Source: Dethiobacter alkaliphilus (lineage in GTDB: Bacteria > Bacillota > Dethiobacteria > DTU022 > UBA8154). Taken from it: a DNA stretch of 64,000 bases. Positions within the stretch are counted from its first letter, which is position 1. Every line of letters begins with the position of its first letter. The notes beneath the pieces were generated by a model. The model ran no database searches and was not told the origin of the DNA. It saw only the letters and a list, made by a program, of their open reading frames with translations. Made by a program: the position numbers and the translations under genes. Positions 9,676 to 19,820 of the stretch are shown here, piece by piece. The stretch spans positions 165,553-229,552 of the forward strand of contig JAENYV010000001.1 in the NCBI GenBank assembly GCA_016841605.1. Reading direction: 5' to 3'.

Positions 9676-10527
9676 TTGGAAATTTCTACTATAGGTGTTC
9701 TTGGAGCCGGAACAATGGGAGGTGGTATTGCACTTGTCGCTGCACAGACAGGGTTCAAGGTTTTATTGAAGGGCACTGAATTGTCACGTGTTAAGAATTC
9801 AATCAAACGTTTGGAAGCTTTTTTGGAGAAAAGCGTTCAAAAAGGTAAGTTAACTGAAGAAGAGAAGCAGGAAACCCTTGTGCGTATTAAACCTACCAAT
9901 GAATTATCAGACTTTAAAGAAGCTGATCTGGTAGTTGAAGCCATAGTTGAAAATCTTGAACGAAAGAAAAAAGCCTTTGGCGAACTGGATAATGTTTGTA
10001 AACCGGAAACAATTATTACGACAAACACTTCCTCCATGTCCATAAATATGCTTGCCGGTGTTACGAAGAGACCTGATCGTGTGGCCGGCATGCATTTCTT
10101 TAATCCTACTCCGATTATGAAATTGGTAGAGGTAGTTCGAGGGTATGATACAAGCGACGAAACCATAAAAGTGATTTTTGATGTTGCAAAAAAAATGGGT
10201 AAAATTACGGTTGAAGTCAAAAAGGATTACCCCGGGTTTATTGTTACAAGGGTTAATATGGCTCAGGTTATTGAAGCAATCCGTCTGGTCGAAGAAGGTG
10301 TGGCAACACCTGAAGATATTGATACCGCGATGAAGTTAGGGCTTAACTGGCCCATGGGTCCATTTGAAATGCAAGATTTTATCGGACTGGATGTGACGAG
10401 TTCGATTCTGGGATATTTTAATGATGAATTTAAAGAGGCCCGCTGGAATCCTCCCCAATCTCTCAAGGCTTTAATCAGGTCGGGAAAATTAGGTAAAAAA
10501 TCTAATTCAGGCTGGTTTCACTATTAA
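9676..10527 (+). CDS. hbd: 3-hydroxyacyl/3-hydroxybutyryl-CoA dehydrogenase
   Basis: N-terminal Rossmann motif GVLGAGTMGGGIA. Length (283 aa) and sequence are typical of Hbd. An AGGAGG RBS lies 8 nt upstream of the TTG start. Confidence 0.85.
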   Translation: MEISTIGVLGAGTMGGGIALVAAQTGFKVLLKGTELSRVKNSIKRLEAFLEKSVQKGKLTEEEKQETLVRIKPTNELSDFKEADLVVEAIVENLERKKKAFGELDNVCKPETIITTNTSSMSINMLAGVTKRPDRVAGMHFFNPTPIMKLVEVVRGYDTSDETIKVIFDVAKKMGKITVEVKKDYPGFIVTRVNMAQVIEAIRLVEEGVATPEDIDTAMKLGLNWPMGPFEMQDFIGLDVTSSILGYFNDEFKEARWNPPQSLKALIRSGKLGKKSNSGWFHY

Positions 10528-10553
10528 TTAATCAACCAATTGATTAAAAAGGG

Positions 10554-11345
10554 GTGAACAAAAAAATGGTTTCCGAAGTGGTTAAGCTGGAAAGAGAAGA
10601 CGATATCGCCATCATTACCTTAAATCGGCCTCCTTTTAATCCGCTCAGCAGCCGGGTTTTTTCTGATTTAAATAAAGCCCTTGCGGAAATTGAAGCTGAT
10701 TCTTCGTTTAAGTCGGTAATTATTACAGGATCAGGTGAAAAAGCTTTTGCAGCCGGGGCTGATGTTAACGAAGTGGCCGCCAATACTTCAGTTGCACAGC
10801 ATGACTTCTTAAAATTAATACTATCTGTTTTCAACAGGCTGGAAAACCTGGAGAAGCCAACCATTGCCGCTGTAAATGGTCTTGCGCTCGGAGGCGGATG
10901 TGAACTGACGTTAGCATGCGATTTTCGTATCGCCGCGGAAAATGCCAAGTTCGGGCAACCCGAAATTAACATCGGTGTTATCCCGGGGGGCGGAGGTACA
11001 CAGCGTTTGCCCAGGTTAATAGGGCTTACCCGTGCCAAAGAAATGTTGTTTTTGGGAGAGGTAATCGATGCAGTTACTGCTGAGAAATATGGACTGGTAA
11101 ACAAGGTTGTTCCGAAAGACCAGTTACTCAACGAAGCTAAAAAATATGCCCGAAAAATTGCTTCCAAGCCGCCCGTGACAATGAAGGTTCTTAAGAAAAC
11201 AGTAAATGCAGGGCAAAACATTGATTTACCTTCGGCTCTTAACCTGGAAATAGATAGCTTTATAGTTGCCTTTTCCAGCGATGATCGTGTCGAAGGAATA
11301 AAGGCAATGTTGGAAAAACGTAAACCAAACTTTCAGGGGAAATAA
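10554..11345 (+). CDS. Enoyl-CoA hydratase/isomerase (crotonase family)
   Basis: 263 aa with a crotonase-fold signature (AAVNGLALGGGCELTLACDFRIA; oxyanion-hole region). Confidence 0.85.
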   Translation: MNKKMVSEVVKLEREDDIAIITLNRPPFNPLSSRVFSDLNKALAEIEADSSFKSVIITGSGEKAFAAGADVNEVAANTSVAQHDFLKLILSVFNRLENLEKPTIAAVNGLALGGGCELTLACDFRIAAENAKFGQPEINIGVIPGGGGTQRLPRLIGLTRAKEMLFLGEVIDAVTAEKYGLVNKVVPKDQLLNEAKKYARKIASKPPVTMKVLKKTVNAGQNIDLPSALNLEIDSFIVAFSSDDRVEGIKAMLEKRKPNFQGK

Positions 11346-11401
11346 AAAAGTTAATTTTACCACATTAAGCCAAATCAGTACAAAGAAAGGGGTACTTTAA
11401 A

Positions 11402-12493
11402 ATGTTGCTTTCTCCGGTAAATTTTAGAAATTTGAGTTTAAAAAACAGGATCGTCTGGCTGCCTATTGTCAGCTGGTTGGCAGAAGATGACGGTTTTGTT
11501 ACCGATGCAGTTATCGAACGTTACAGCCGCAGGGCAGAAGGTGGAGTAGGGATGGTTGTTATTGAAGCGACAGGAGTCCTGGACAGGAGAAGCCCGAAAC
11601 TGATAAAGATTTGTGATGATAAATATATGCCGGGTTTGGAAAAGTTGGTACAAGCCATTCACGATGCGGGAGCAAAAGTATCCGTTCAGCTGATTCACTA
11701 CGCCAAGAAATCTAAAAAAACAGGATGGAAACAAAAGGTTGAAGATTTAAGTCCGGAAGATATCCGGCAGGTCAAGAAAGAATATGTAGAAGCGGCAATC
11801 AGGGCAAAAAAAGTCGGGTTTGATGCTATTGAATTACATGTGGCTCACAGCTATACCCTTGCCTCTTTCGTTTCCCTTCTGAACAAGCGGCAAGATGAAT
11901 ATGGCCGTGATATATGGGGAAGAAGTAAAATTGTTCTGGAGATTATGGAAATGATTCGAGAAAAAGTCGGTGATGACTATGCTGTATGTGCCAGAATCAG
12001 CGGTGAAGAATTTGTAAAAGGTGGCAACACTTTGAAGCAAACCAGAGTAATCTCCAGGTTAATGGCCGGGAAAGGCCTGGACTATTTAAGCGTATCGGCC
12101 GGAGGGAAAGATGAAGATGGTGATTGGTACACAGGATATAGTTCAACGAGAAGCATGCCAACTGCCAACCTGACGGATGGATGCCATGTATACCTGGCGG
12201 AAGCTCTTCGGGAAGAAATGGCACCATATGGAGTACCGGTCATTGCTTCCGGAAAAATAAATACCCTTAAACAGGCTGAAGAAATTTTAGCCGGGGGACA
12301 GGCTGATTTGATCGGTGTGGCCAGGCCGTTGCTGGCTGATCCCGATTGGATATTAAAACTTAAAGAAAATAAGGAAGACGAACTTGTTACGTGCACATAC
12401 TGTAATACCTGCCTGGATAGAGACCGCCGCTTTGAGCCTGTCGAATGTATTGAAGCAGAGAAAAAAATCAGAAAAGAAGCCAGGATGGCATAA
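11402..12493 (+). CDS. NADH:flavin oxidoreductase, Old Yellow Enzyme family (enoate/enoyl-CoA reductase-like)
   Basis: OYE TIM-barrel motifs with a C-terminal Cys cluster (CTYCNTCLDRD). It sits in the operon with hbd, the crotonase and the CoA ligase. Confidence 0.7.
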   Translation: MLLSPVNFRNLSLKNRIVWLPIVSWLAEDDGFVTDAVIERYSRRAEGGVGMVVIEATGVLDRRSPKLIKICDDKYMPGLEKLVQAIHDAGAKVSVQLIHYAKKSKKTGWKQKVEDLSPEDIRQVKKEYVEAAIRAKKVGFDAIELHVAHSYTLASFVSLLNKRQDEYGRDIWGRSKIVLEIMEMIREKVGDDYAVCARISGEEFVKGGNTLKQTRVISRLMAGKGLDYLSVSAGGKDEDGDWYTGYSSTRSMPTANLTDGCHVYLAEALREEMAPYGVPVIASGKINTLKQAEEILAGGQADLIGVARPLLADPDWILKLKENKEDELVTCTYCNTCLDRDRRFEPVECIEAEKKIRKEARMA

Positions 12494-12538
12494 AGGAAGG
12501 ACTGTATTCTGTTCAGCTATGCAGAAGGAGGGAAAGAT

Positions 12539-14197
12539 ATGCTGCAAGGTTGTGTTCCATGGCCGGATGAATTTGTTGAAAAATATGTAGAAGGGGGGTA
12601 TTGGGAGAATATCACCCTTGGAGACGCATTTGACAGGATTGCCGGCTCTTTTCCCCATAAAGAGGCGTTGGTTTTTAAAGATGAGAGAATAACCTACAGC
12701 CGGCTAAAAAAAATGTCCGATCAATTGGCTACCGGTTTTCTAAAGTCCGGCTTGAAACCCTTAGACCGGGTTATTGTTCAATTGCCGAACATTACTGAAT
12801 TTGTTACATGTTATTTGGCATTTCTAAAGATAGGTGTAATTCCGGTAATGTGCCTGCCTCAGCACCGTCTTGCAGAGATAGAATATATTGCAAACCAGTG
12901 TGAGGCTAAAGGATATTTAATTTCTGATAAAATCGGTAAATTTAACTTCCTGGAGCTGGCGGTAGAAGTGTGCCGGGAAGTACCTTCTCTAGAGAAAGTC
13001 TTTGTAGCAGGTCAAGATTGCCCGGAGGGGTATATATCTATTGAAAGTTTGCTTGAAGATGCCATTGAAGAAAAGCAAATATCTAAAACGCTGGAGAACA
13101 ATAAACCAAGCCCTTATGAAGTTGCCGTTTTTTTGCTCTCAGGGGGTACAACAGGCTTACCTAAGATAATTCCAAGAACGCACAATGATTACAGATATAC
13201 TTCTCAAATAACGGGTATGCATATGGGTGTCAGCAAATATACTACGTACCTGGCTATAGCACCTTTAGCTCATAATATGACTTTGGCCTGTCCCGGAATA
13301 ATGGGTGTTTTTCAGCGGGGAGGAAAAGTCGTTTTAACAGATTCAACGGCTCCGGAAAATATTTGTAAGGTTGTTGAGAAAGAAAAAGTTACAAATATGG
13401 GGCTGGTGCCGGCGTTAATAATCGGCTTATTAAATCTTGAGAAAAGAAAGGATTACGATCTTTCTTTTCTGGTTGCCATTGTATCCGGCGGCTCCAAATT
13501 AAATCCCGAAGTAGCAAAAAGGGTTAAGCCCGAATTGGGCTGTAATTTAATCCAGCAATTCGGCATGGGGGAAGGTTTGTTGACGATGACGGATGATACC
13601 AGTGATAGCGACAGACTAACTTTTGAAACGATCGGTCGTCCACTGTCTCCTGCTGATGAGGTAAAGATTGTAGATGATAAAGGCCTGGAAGTACCTGCCG
13701 GTGAAGTCGGAGAACTGTTATGCCGGGGGCCTTACACCATCAGGGGTTATTATAAAGCACCCGAGCATAATAAAAAAGCTTTTACAGAAGATGGTTTTTA
13801 TAAATCGGGAGATATGGTCGTAATAGATCCGAAAAGTGGGTATTTCTCTATTGGGGGTAGAGTTAAGGATATAATTAACAGGGGTGGAGAAAAAATCAGT
13901 GCGGAGGAGATCGAAAATCTGATTTTGGCACACCCCAAGGTAAAGAATGCTGCTGCCATTGCCATGCCGGATGCTTTAATGGGAGAAAAATGCTGCGCTT
14001 ACGTTATATTAAAAGAGAATGAAAGTCTGGATCTGGCTGAGCTAAACGCTTTCTTAGTGGATAAAAAAATTGCCAAGTTCAAACTGCCTGAGCGTCTTGA
14101 AGTTGTCGACAGTTTTCCCATGACCAATATTGGAAAAATCTCCAAGAAAGATTTACGTGATGATATTGAGGAAAAATTAAAAGAAAAAGTAAATTAA
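12539..14197 (+). CDS. AMP-dependent aryl/acyl-CoA ligase (DhbE/EntE-like adenylating enzyme)
   Basis: AMP-binding motifs LSGGTTGLPKIIPRTHNDY, GEGLLTM and SGDMV...GRVKD. Confidence 0.85.
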   Translation: MLQGCVPWPDEFVEKYVEGGYWENITLGDAFDRIAGSFPHKEALVFKDERITYSRLKKMSDQLATGFLKSGLKPLDRVIVQLPNITEFVTCYLAFLKIGVIPVMCLPQHRLAEIEYIANQCEAKGYLISDKIGKFNFLELAVEVCREVPSLEKVFVAGQDCPEGYISIESLLEDAIEEKQISKTLENNKPSPYEVAVFLLSGGTTGLPKIIPRTHNDYRYTSQITGMHMGVSKYTTYLAIAPLAHNMTLACPGIMGVFQRGGKVVLTDSTAPENICKVVEKEKVTNMGLVPALIIGLLNLEKRKDYDLSFLVAIVSGGSKLNPEVAKRVKPELGCNLIQQFGMGEGLLTMTDDTSDSDRLTFETIGRPLSPADEVKIVDDKGLEVPAGEVGELLCRGPYTIRGYYKAPEHNKKAFTEDGFYKSGDMVVIDPKSGYFSIGGRVKDIINRGGEKISAEEIENLILAHPKVKNAAAIAMPDALMGEKCCAYVILKENESLDLAELNAFLVDKKIAKFKLPERLEVVDSFPMTNIGKISKKDLRDDIEEKLKEKVN

Positions 14198-14245
14198 TTT
14201 ACTACCGGTAGACTACCTCAACTAAATAATCTTTCCTTACAGGAA

Positions 14246-14275
14246 AACCTTGGTAACTCCAGGGTTTTCTTGTTT
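14246..14275 (+). terminator. Intrinsic terminator after the CoA-ligase operon
   Basis: Stem aaccttgg/ccagggtt with one G-U pair, loop taact, then a U-rich tail. Confidence 0.45.
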
Positions 14276-14425
14276 CAAAGACCTAATTTTGTGTTGGAAC
14301 GTTAAAAATTATATACATCCCTGCAGCTATAGAAAATATCTATTGGTTTTCTTTGTTGCCCTTTGATAGACTACTTTGAAGATTAAACGAAACATAATAT
14401 TGCTTAAAAAAAGTGAAGGGGTGAG

Positions 14426-15046
14426 GTGATGCTCATCGATATTCATGTGCATACCTGCAAACATTCTCCATGCAGCCGCATTGAACCGCAAGAGGCGGTT
14501 TTGAAGGCCAGGGAGATGGGCCTAGACGGGATATGCATAACAGACCACGATAACTGCCATTTTCGGTCCGAGGCCGAAGTGCTAAGCAGGGAAACGAACT
14601 TTTTGATTTTAGTCGGAATGGAAGTGTTGAGTTACGAAGGGGATCTGCTTATCTTTGGGCTGGACGAAGCTCCGGCACAAAAAATGCACGCCAGGGATTT
14701 AATTGCTCTGGTCAACAGGAAAAGCGGTGTCGCTATTGCTGCGCACCCTTTTCGCGACAACGGGCGAGCTTTGGGCGAGTCTATCAGGGAACTGGAAGGT
14801 TTGTCAGGGGTGGAGAGTTTTAACGGCAATACTTCATTGGCCGATAACTACCGGGCAGACGCTCTGGGGAAGTCACTGTTTTTGCCCTTATTGGGCGGGA
14901 GCGATGCTCACTCGGTTGAGCGCGTCGGGTGCTACGCTACATATTTTTCTGCAGATATTAATAGTACTGCCGCTTTTATCAGTGCTGTCAAAGGTGGACT
15001 TGTTTGCCCGGTGGCTCATGAGGTAAACGGCTTTTATAAGCTTTAA
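14426..15046 (+). CDS. PHP-domain phosphoesterase
   Basis: DIHVHTCKHSPCS and ITDHDN motifs of the PHP (polymerase/histidinol phosphatase) family. Confidence 0.7.
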   Translation: MMLIDIHVHTCKHSPCSRIEPQEAVLKAREMGLDGICITDHDNCHFRSEAEVLSRETNFLILVGMEVLSYEGDLLIFGLDEAPAQKMHARDLIALVNRKSGVAIAAHPFRDNGRALGESIRELEGLSGVESFNGNTSLADNYRADALGKSLFLPLLGGSDAHSVERVGCYATYFSADINSTAAFISAVKGGLVCPVAHEVNGFYKL

Positions 15047-15091
15047 TTTGTTTTATTAAACGGAAAAGCAAAACGAGGGGGAACGAAGTTA

Positions 15092-16213
15092 ATGAAAAAG
15101 GTTCTAATTTTGTTGCTGGCTGTGATGCTGGTCTTTACTTTGGCTTCCTGTTCACCAAAAGAAACAGAGACAGAGAACGGAACGGGAGCGGAAGTAGGGA
15201 CAGAAACAGGCACAGAGCCGGAGATCTATGTCGGTGAGGGCTGGTCCTCGGAGTATTACAATCCGGAAACCATGAAAGGTGTTGTTCTGAATCTTTATGG
15301 TGTAACGGATGTCGTCAGACCTATCCTTGATATTTTTGAAGAAGATACGGGTATCAAAGTGGAACACCTGACCTTGAAAAATGCGGAAATTCTGCAAAGA
15401 TTAAGCAATGAGTTTGACGTAGGGGTCTCCATTGCGGATATTTGGTTTACAGGCGGTGCGGATACTTTTATTAATGCCGCGCAGAATGGACTGCTAATTC
15501 CTTACAAATCACCGCCCGGCGCAGAACTCGACGATATTATGAAAGATACCGAAGGGTATTGGCATGGGACATCCTTAACCATTGTCAACTGGGTTGTCAA
15601 CAAGGAGCTTATTGAACAGAAAGGTCTTAAAATGCCGGAAACCTGGGAGGATCTTTTGCAGGAAGGCTTAAAGGGCGAAGTAGCCATGCCCAATCCGGCT
15701 TCTTCAGGAACCGGTTATAATACTATCAGCGCGATTATCGAAGTAAAAGGTGAAGAAGCGGGCTGGGCTTACCTGGAGAAACTCATTGAGCAAGTTTCCT
15801 TTTTTAGCCCCAGGGGCAGCGACCCGGCCCAGCATGTTGTCAACGGCGAGGCAATTGTCGGTATTAATCCCACAGACGGCGGCAGGGAGTTGGAGATTAA
15901 CAACCCCCATATAGCCCTTGTTTACCCCGAAGATGGAACCGGATGGTGGCCACAGCCGGTGGCTATCGTTAATGGCACCAAAAATGAAGAAGCAGCCAAA
16001 GTTTTTGTTGACTGGCTTTTATCGAAGAGGGGTATGGAGACGATAGCGAGAGAAAGGTATGCAGCTGTTGCCAGACAAGATGTGGAAAGGCCGGAAGGAA
16101 TTGTTGATATCAGCACGATAAACCTTTTTGCTACTGATTTTCAACTTAATGCCGAAAGGCGAGATGAGATTTTAGCAGAATGGGAAAAACGGGTCAGCGC
16201 TGCCGCAAGGTAG
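15092..16213 (+). CDS. ABC transporter substrate-binding lipoprotein (FbpA/AfuA-like, iron(III)/thiamin family)
   Basis: Lipoprotein signal (LASCSPKE) and family-1 solute-binding protein features. Confidence 0.7.
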   Translation: MKKVLILLLAVMLVFTLASCSPKETETENGTGAEVGTETGTEPEIYVGEGWSSEYYNPETMKGVVLNLYGVTDVVRPILDIFEEDTGIKVEHLTLKNAEILQRLSNEFDVGVSIADIWFTGGADTFINAAQNGLLIPYKSPPGAELDDIMKDTEGYWHGTSLTIVNWVVNKELIEQKGLKMPETWEDLLQEGLKGEVAMPNPASSGTGYNTISAIIEVKGEEAGWAYLEKLIEQVSFFSPRGSDPAQHVVNGEAIVGINPTDGGRELEINNPHIALVYPEDGTGWWPQPVAIVNGTKNEEAAKVFVDWLLSKRGMETIARERYAAVARQDVERPEGIVDISTINLFATDFQLNAERRDEILAEWEKRVSAAAR

Positions 16214-16237
16214 AGAGAGCTCAAATAAAATTTATGG

Positions 16238-16278
16238 CAAAGAGAAAGCCGGGGCTTCGCTTTCCGGCTTTCTCTTTG
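16238..16278 (+). terminator. Strong intra-operon hairpin (15-bp perfect stem) between SBP and permease genes
   Basis: caaagagaaagccgg ... ccggctttctctttg. This is typical of partial terminators that raise SBP transcript levels. Confidence 0.5.
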
Positions 16279-16330
16279 CCGTTAACATGGCAAGTATTCT
16301 CTTTGCAACTATGCTCTTCGAGGTGTACCG

Positions 16331-18076
16331 ATGTCTTTACAAGCCAGTAAACCGGTTATAGTCTTATACATTTTAATATTAATTTCTGTTGTCTATTTTG
16401 TTTTGGTGCCCGTTGTCAGTGTGGTTTACTACGGGATTAGCTCCGGCGAGCCGGGGGTTGTTTTCCAGGGAACAGGCCGGGCCCTTTTGTATTTAAAGAA
16501 TAGTTTGCAGGTTTCAATGCCTGTTACCTTGATTGCCACTGCTTTTGGATTATTGGCCGCGCTTACCCTGTGGCGTGTAAAGTTTTGGGGCAGGTCCTTG
16601 ATGAGGCTGATGGTTTTATTTCCTTTGATCAATCCTCCTTTTGTGGGAAGTATTGCCTTTATTATGCTTTTTGGGAAAAGGGGTCTTATCAGCCATAATC
16701 TACTCGGGTTGACGGTCAGCCCCTTTGGCTATTATGGTATTGTCGTCATGCAGTGTATCGGGCTTTCAACGCTGGCTTACCTGATTATCTCCAGTGCTAT
16801 CCAGGAAATAAATATTGACTATGAAGAAGCGGCACGCAATCTTGGTGCTTCGGAAGGGCGCATCTTCTTTTCCGTAACTTTGCCGTTGATGATTCCGGAA
16901 ATAACGGTTGCTGCCATGTTGGTTTTTCTTTCCTCCATGTCGGATTTTGGGACGCCCCTCATTATTGGGGGAAATTATCAAACCCTTGCTTCAGATTTAT
17001 ATTTACAGATAACGGGCTTGTACAATATGCGCACAGCATCGCTTTCCGGCATCTTCCTTTTAATACCCTGCCTCATTGCCTTTTTCATACAAAAGTACTT
17101 TTCCGGTCGCCAAGCATACTATAGTCAGTCTGTTGCCTCTGAAAACATTGAATATACGAGCATACCTGCAGCAGTAAAAGGTATTTTAATTTCTTTGACA
17201 GGTCTCTTTATTTTTTTTGTCATCATCAAATACGGCTTTATTGCTTTGGGAGCCTTTACCGAGCACTGGGGTTATGACTTTTCTCTTACGCTCCGGCACT
17301 TTTATAAGTTGCTTGGCAGGGAATTTGCTCCTTTTATCAACAGTGTCAAGCTGGCGTTGGGTGTGGCTGTGGTTTCTTCCTTATTGGGGGTTGTCATCGC
17401 TTATCTGTTAAAAACCAGGAAGTTGTTCTGTGTCCGACAGCTGGACTTCCTGGCTACTGTCCCGGCGGCAGTACCGGGGATTCTTTTTGGTATCGGCTAT
17501 CTGGTTACTTTTAAATATCCACTGTTCGGTGTGGGCAGGTTTATTTTTCCGGAGATGTCTCCTGTTATTTTGTTGGGAACAGGTATAATTATTTACATAA
17601 TTTGTGTGTTCCGATATTTATATGTAGGCCTGAAAACCGGTTATGCTCTCCTGGAACACCTTGATCCAAACCTGGAACCTGCTGCCAATAATCTCGGAGC
17701 CGGCGATCTGAAAACATTTGTCCATATTATCTTTCCACAGCTCAAACCTGCTTTTGCCGCCGCGTTTTTGCGCAACTTTACTTCCACCATGACGACCCTG
17801 GGCGCCATAATTTTTTTATTGTTGCCCCGGAATAAAGTTGCAACGCAACAAATTCTGCAAGTTGCCGGCAGTTCGGAAATCGGTTTTGCCGCAACATTGG
17901 CCTTGATGCTCTCTTTGCTCTCCCTTTTGTTGCTCATTGTCTTTCAGATAATTGTTAACTACCAGGGGCTTATCGGTTGGTTTAAAAGCAAATGGGGCCG
18001 GGTAAGGCGTGTCAGGAATGTTAAAATGCTTACTGGGAGCAACTTTTCAGGAGAAAAAAACCGGGAGACAACTTGA
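16331..18076 (+). CDS. ABC transporter permease, two fused TMD halves (FbpB/AfuB-like)
   Basis: 581-aa polytopic protein with duplicated permease modules. Confidence 0.8.
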   Translation: MSLQASKPVIVLYILILISVVYFVLVPVVSVVYYGISSGEPGVVFQGTGRALLYLKNSLQVSMPVTLIATAFGLLAALTLWRVKFWGRSLMRLMVLFPLINPPFVGSIAFIMLFGKRGLISHNLLGLTVSPFGYYGIVVMQCIGLSTLAYLIISSAIQEINIDYEEAARNLGASEGRIFFSVTLPLMIPEITVAAMLVFLSSMSDFGTPLIIGGNYQTLASDLYLQITGLYNMRTASLSGIFLLIPCLIAFFIQKYFSGRQAYYSQSVASENIEYTSIPAAVKGILISLTGLFIFFVIIKYGFIALGAFTEHWGYDFSLTLRHFYKLLGREFAPFINSVKLALGVAVVSSLLGVVIAYLLKTRKLFCVRQLDFLATVPAAVPGILFGIGYLVTFKYPLFGVGRFIFPEMSPVILLGTGIIIYIICVFRYLYVGLKTGYALLEHLDPNLEPAANNLGAGDLKTFVHIIFPQLKPAFAAAFLRNFTSTMTTLGAIIFLLLPRNKVATQQILQVAGSSEIGFAATLALMLSLLSLLLLIVFQIIVNYQGLIGWFKSKWGRVRRVRNVKMLTGSNFSGEKNRETT

Positions 18077-18115
18077 CGTATCAACTTGACGTATTGCCTG
18101 CGAAGGAGTTTTTTT

Positions 18116-19174
18116 ATGAAAATTGAATTGCGAGACATTACACAAAAATATGGGGACAAAATAGCCGTTAACAATGTAAGCTTTTCTATTGATGATGGAG
18201 AGCTGGTCGCTCTCCTAGGTCCCTCCGGTTGCGGCAAGACGACATTGCTGAGAACCATTGCCGGCATGATACCTCTATTTAAAGGTGCAATTTACCTGAA
18301 TGGGGTAAATATCAGTGTCTGGCCTGCGCAGAGACGCAATACGGCTATGGTTTTTCAAAATTATGCCCTGTTTCCCCATATGACTGTGGAAGAAAATATT
18401 GCTTATGGTCTGAGAGTGAAAAAAATAAAGAAAAACGTTCAAAGACAAAAGGTTGAGGAAATACTGAGCAAGGTCCGGCTGGAGGGATACAATAAACGTA
18501 AAATATATGAACTCAGCGGCGGAGAGCAACAAAGAGTGGCTCTGGCCAGAGCCCTGGTTATTGAGCCCGGTGTTTTGCTCTTTGATGAACCTTTAAGCAA
18601 TCTGGACGAAAAGCTGCGGGTCTCCATGCGCCGGGAGATTAGAAAGATTCAACAGGAATATGGGATAACCAGCATTTATGTAACTCATGACCAGGAAGAG
18701 GCCATGTCTATCGCAGACCGAATTGTCATTATGAAAGACGGTCTGCTTCAGCAAATGGGCTCTCCCCGTGAAATTTATTTTCATCCGGCCAACACGTTTG
18801 TGGCGGATTTTATGGGTGTTGCCAATATTATTGAACCGGGAGAAATAAGAATAAACCGCGATCATCAACTTGTTTTTAAAATCTTCGGAAATACTTATGC
18901 CATACCGTCCAACAACTATCAGGAAAAAGGAAATCTAAAAGGAAAGATTATGTTCAGACCGGAAGACGTTGAGCTGAAAGAGAACGGAGAATGCAGGGGC
19001 GTTGTCAGATGGTACGAGAACCTCGGGGCGACCGGCAGAGTTGCCATTGATTGCCAAGGCATCTCTCTTATCGCTGAAATATTCAATCGCTATGGAAATA
19101 TCCGGGAATATTGTTTTGGTGAAGAGGTGCGATTTACTATTATTCCGGACGCCTTTCATTTGCTTGCAGAATAA
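18116..19174 (+). CDS. ABC transporter ATP-binding protein with C-terminal TOBE-like domain (FbpC/PotA-like)
   Basis: Walker A GPSGCGKTT, signature LSGGEQQR and Walker B LLFDEP. The start is probably the internal ATG at 18116 (MKIELRD), which has an AGGAG RBS. The ORF track opens at 18086. Confidence 0.85.
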   Translation: MKIELRDITQKYGDKIAVNNVSFSIDDGELVALLGPSGCGKTTLLRTIAGMIPLFKGAIYLNGVNISVWPAQRRNTAMVFQNYALFPHMTVEENIAYGLRVKKIKKNVQRQKVEEILSKVRLEGYNKRKIYELSGGEQQRVALARALVIEPGVLLFDEPLSNLDEKLRVSMRREIRKIQQEYGITSIYVTHDQEEAMSIADRIVIMKDGLLQQMGSPREIYFHPANTFVADFMGVANIIEPGEIRINRDHQLVFKIFGNTYAIPSNNYQEKGNLKGKIMFRPEDVELKENGECRGVVRWYENLGATGRVAIDCQGISLIAEIFNRYGNIREYCFGEEVRFTIIPDAFHLLAE

Positions 19175-19197
19175 TACTGCCGTTTGCCTGTATCAAA

Positions 19198-19695
19198 TTA
19201 TGAACGCTTATTATCTTGCAAAGTTTCCCCCGGTTCGGGGAAAAGGGACGGATCTCCGAGTTTTGATGTCAACAAAGCGGCAGTAATACCATACAGCCCG
19301 TGATTTATAAAAGCTGATAAATTTGTGGAAGCATTAAGAGGAAATAAGCCCTTGATGCCGAACATGCGGCCTACTGCCCCGTATAAAGAAACCCAGGCAA
19401 GATTACCGAAGCCCAAACCTTTGAGGGTAGCATGGTCTCTGCCCGTATAACGTAATATGTAAACCATGGGTACCCCCATCATTGCTCCGATGGCAAAGTC
19501 TGCCAGCGCGCCGACAAATAAACCGACCGGTTTTTTGCGTTCTTTTTGGGCCATAAAAAGCCCTGCGGCAATTTCCGGATAAGTTACATTGGAAATTTTT
19601 AAGATTTTCCTGTTGAATTCATTTCCCACAAATTTTACAAGATTTGCTACTATACCCACGGTAGCGCCAAGAACCAGCGGATCTTTTATTTTCAT
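19198..19695 (-). CDS. Small polytopic membrane protein of unknown function, downstream of lanA on the same strand
   Basis: 165 aa with 4-5 predicted TM segments. Its position would suit a self-immunity or accessory role, but this is not supported by sequence similarity. Confidence 0.35.
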   Translation of the reverse strand: MKIKDPLVLGATVGIVANLVKFVGNEFNRKILKISNVTYPEIAAGLFMAQKERKKPVGLFVGALADFAIGAMMGVPMVYILRYTGRDHATLKGLGFGNLAWVSLYGAVGRMFGIKGLFPLNASTNLSAFINHGLYGITAALLTSKLGDPSLFPEPGETLQDNKRS

Positions 19696-19820
19696 TATTT
19701 ATCCGCCTTTCATGTTATGGTACAGTTTATTGTGCCCGGATTTAGCGTTTTTAGTCTTGGTAAATGATAGCTATTTCGCTTGACGCTTTGATGCAGTTAA
19801 ATAAAATAGTAATTGTTCTT

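Noticed and set aside
15092-19174. Whether the nearby ABC transporter could be the missing lanthipeptide exporter (LanT)
   Set aside because: Its SBP lipoprotein, fused double permease and TOBE-containing ATPase identify an importer of the FbpABC/PotA type. It has no C39 peptidase domain and no exporter-type TMD.
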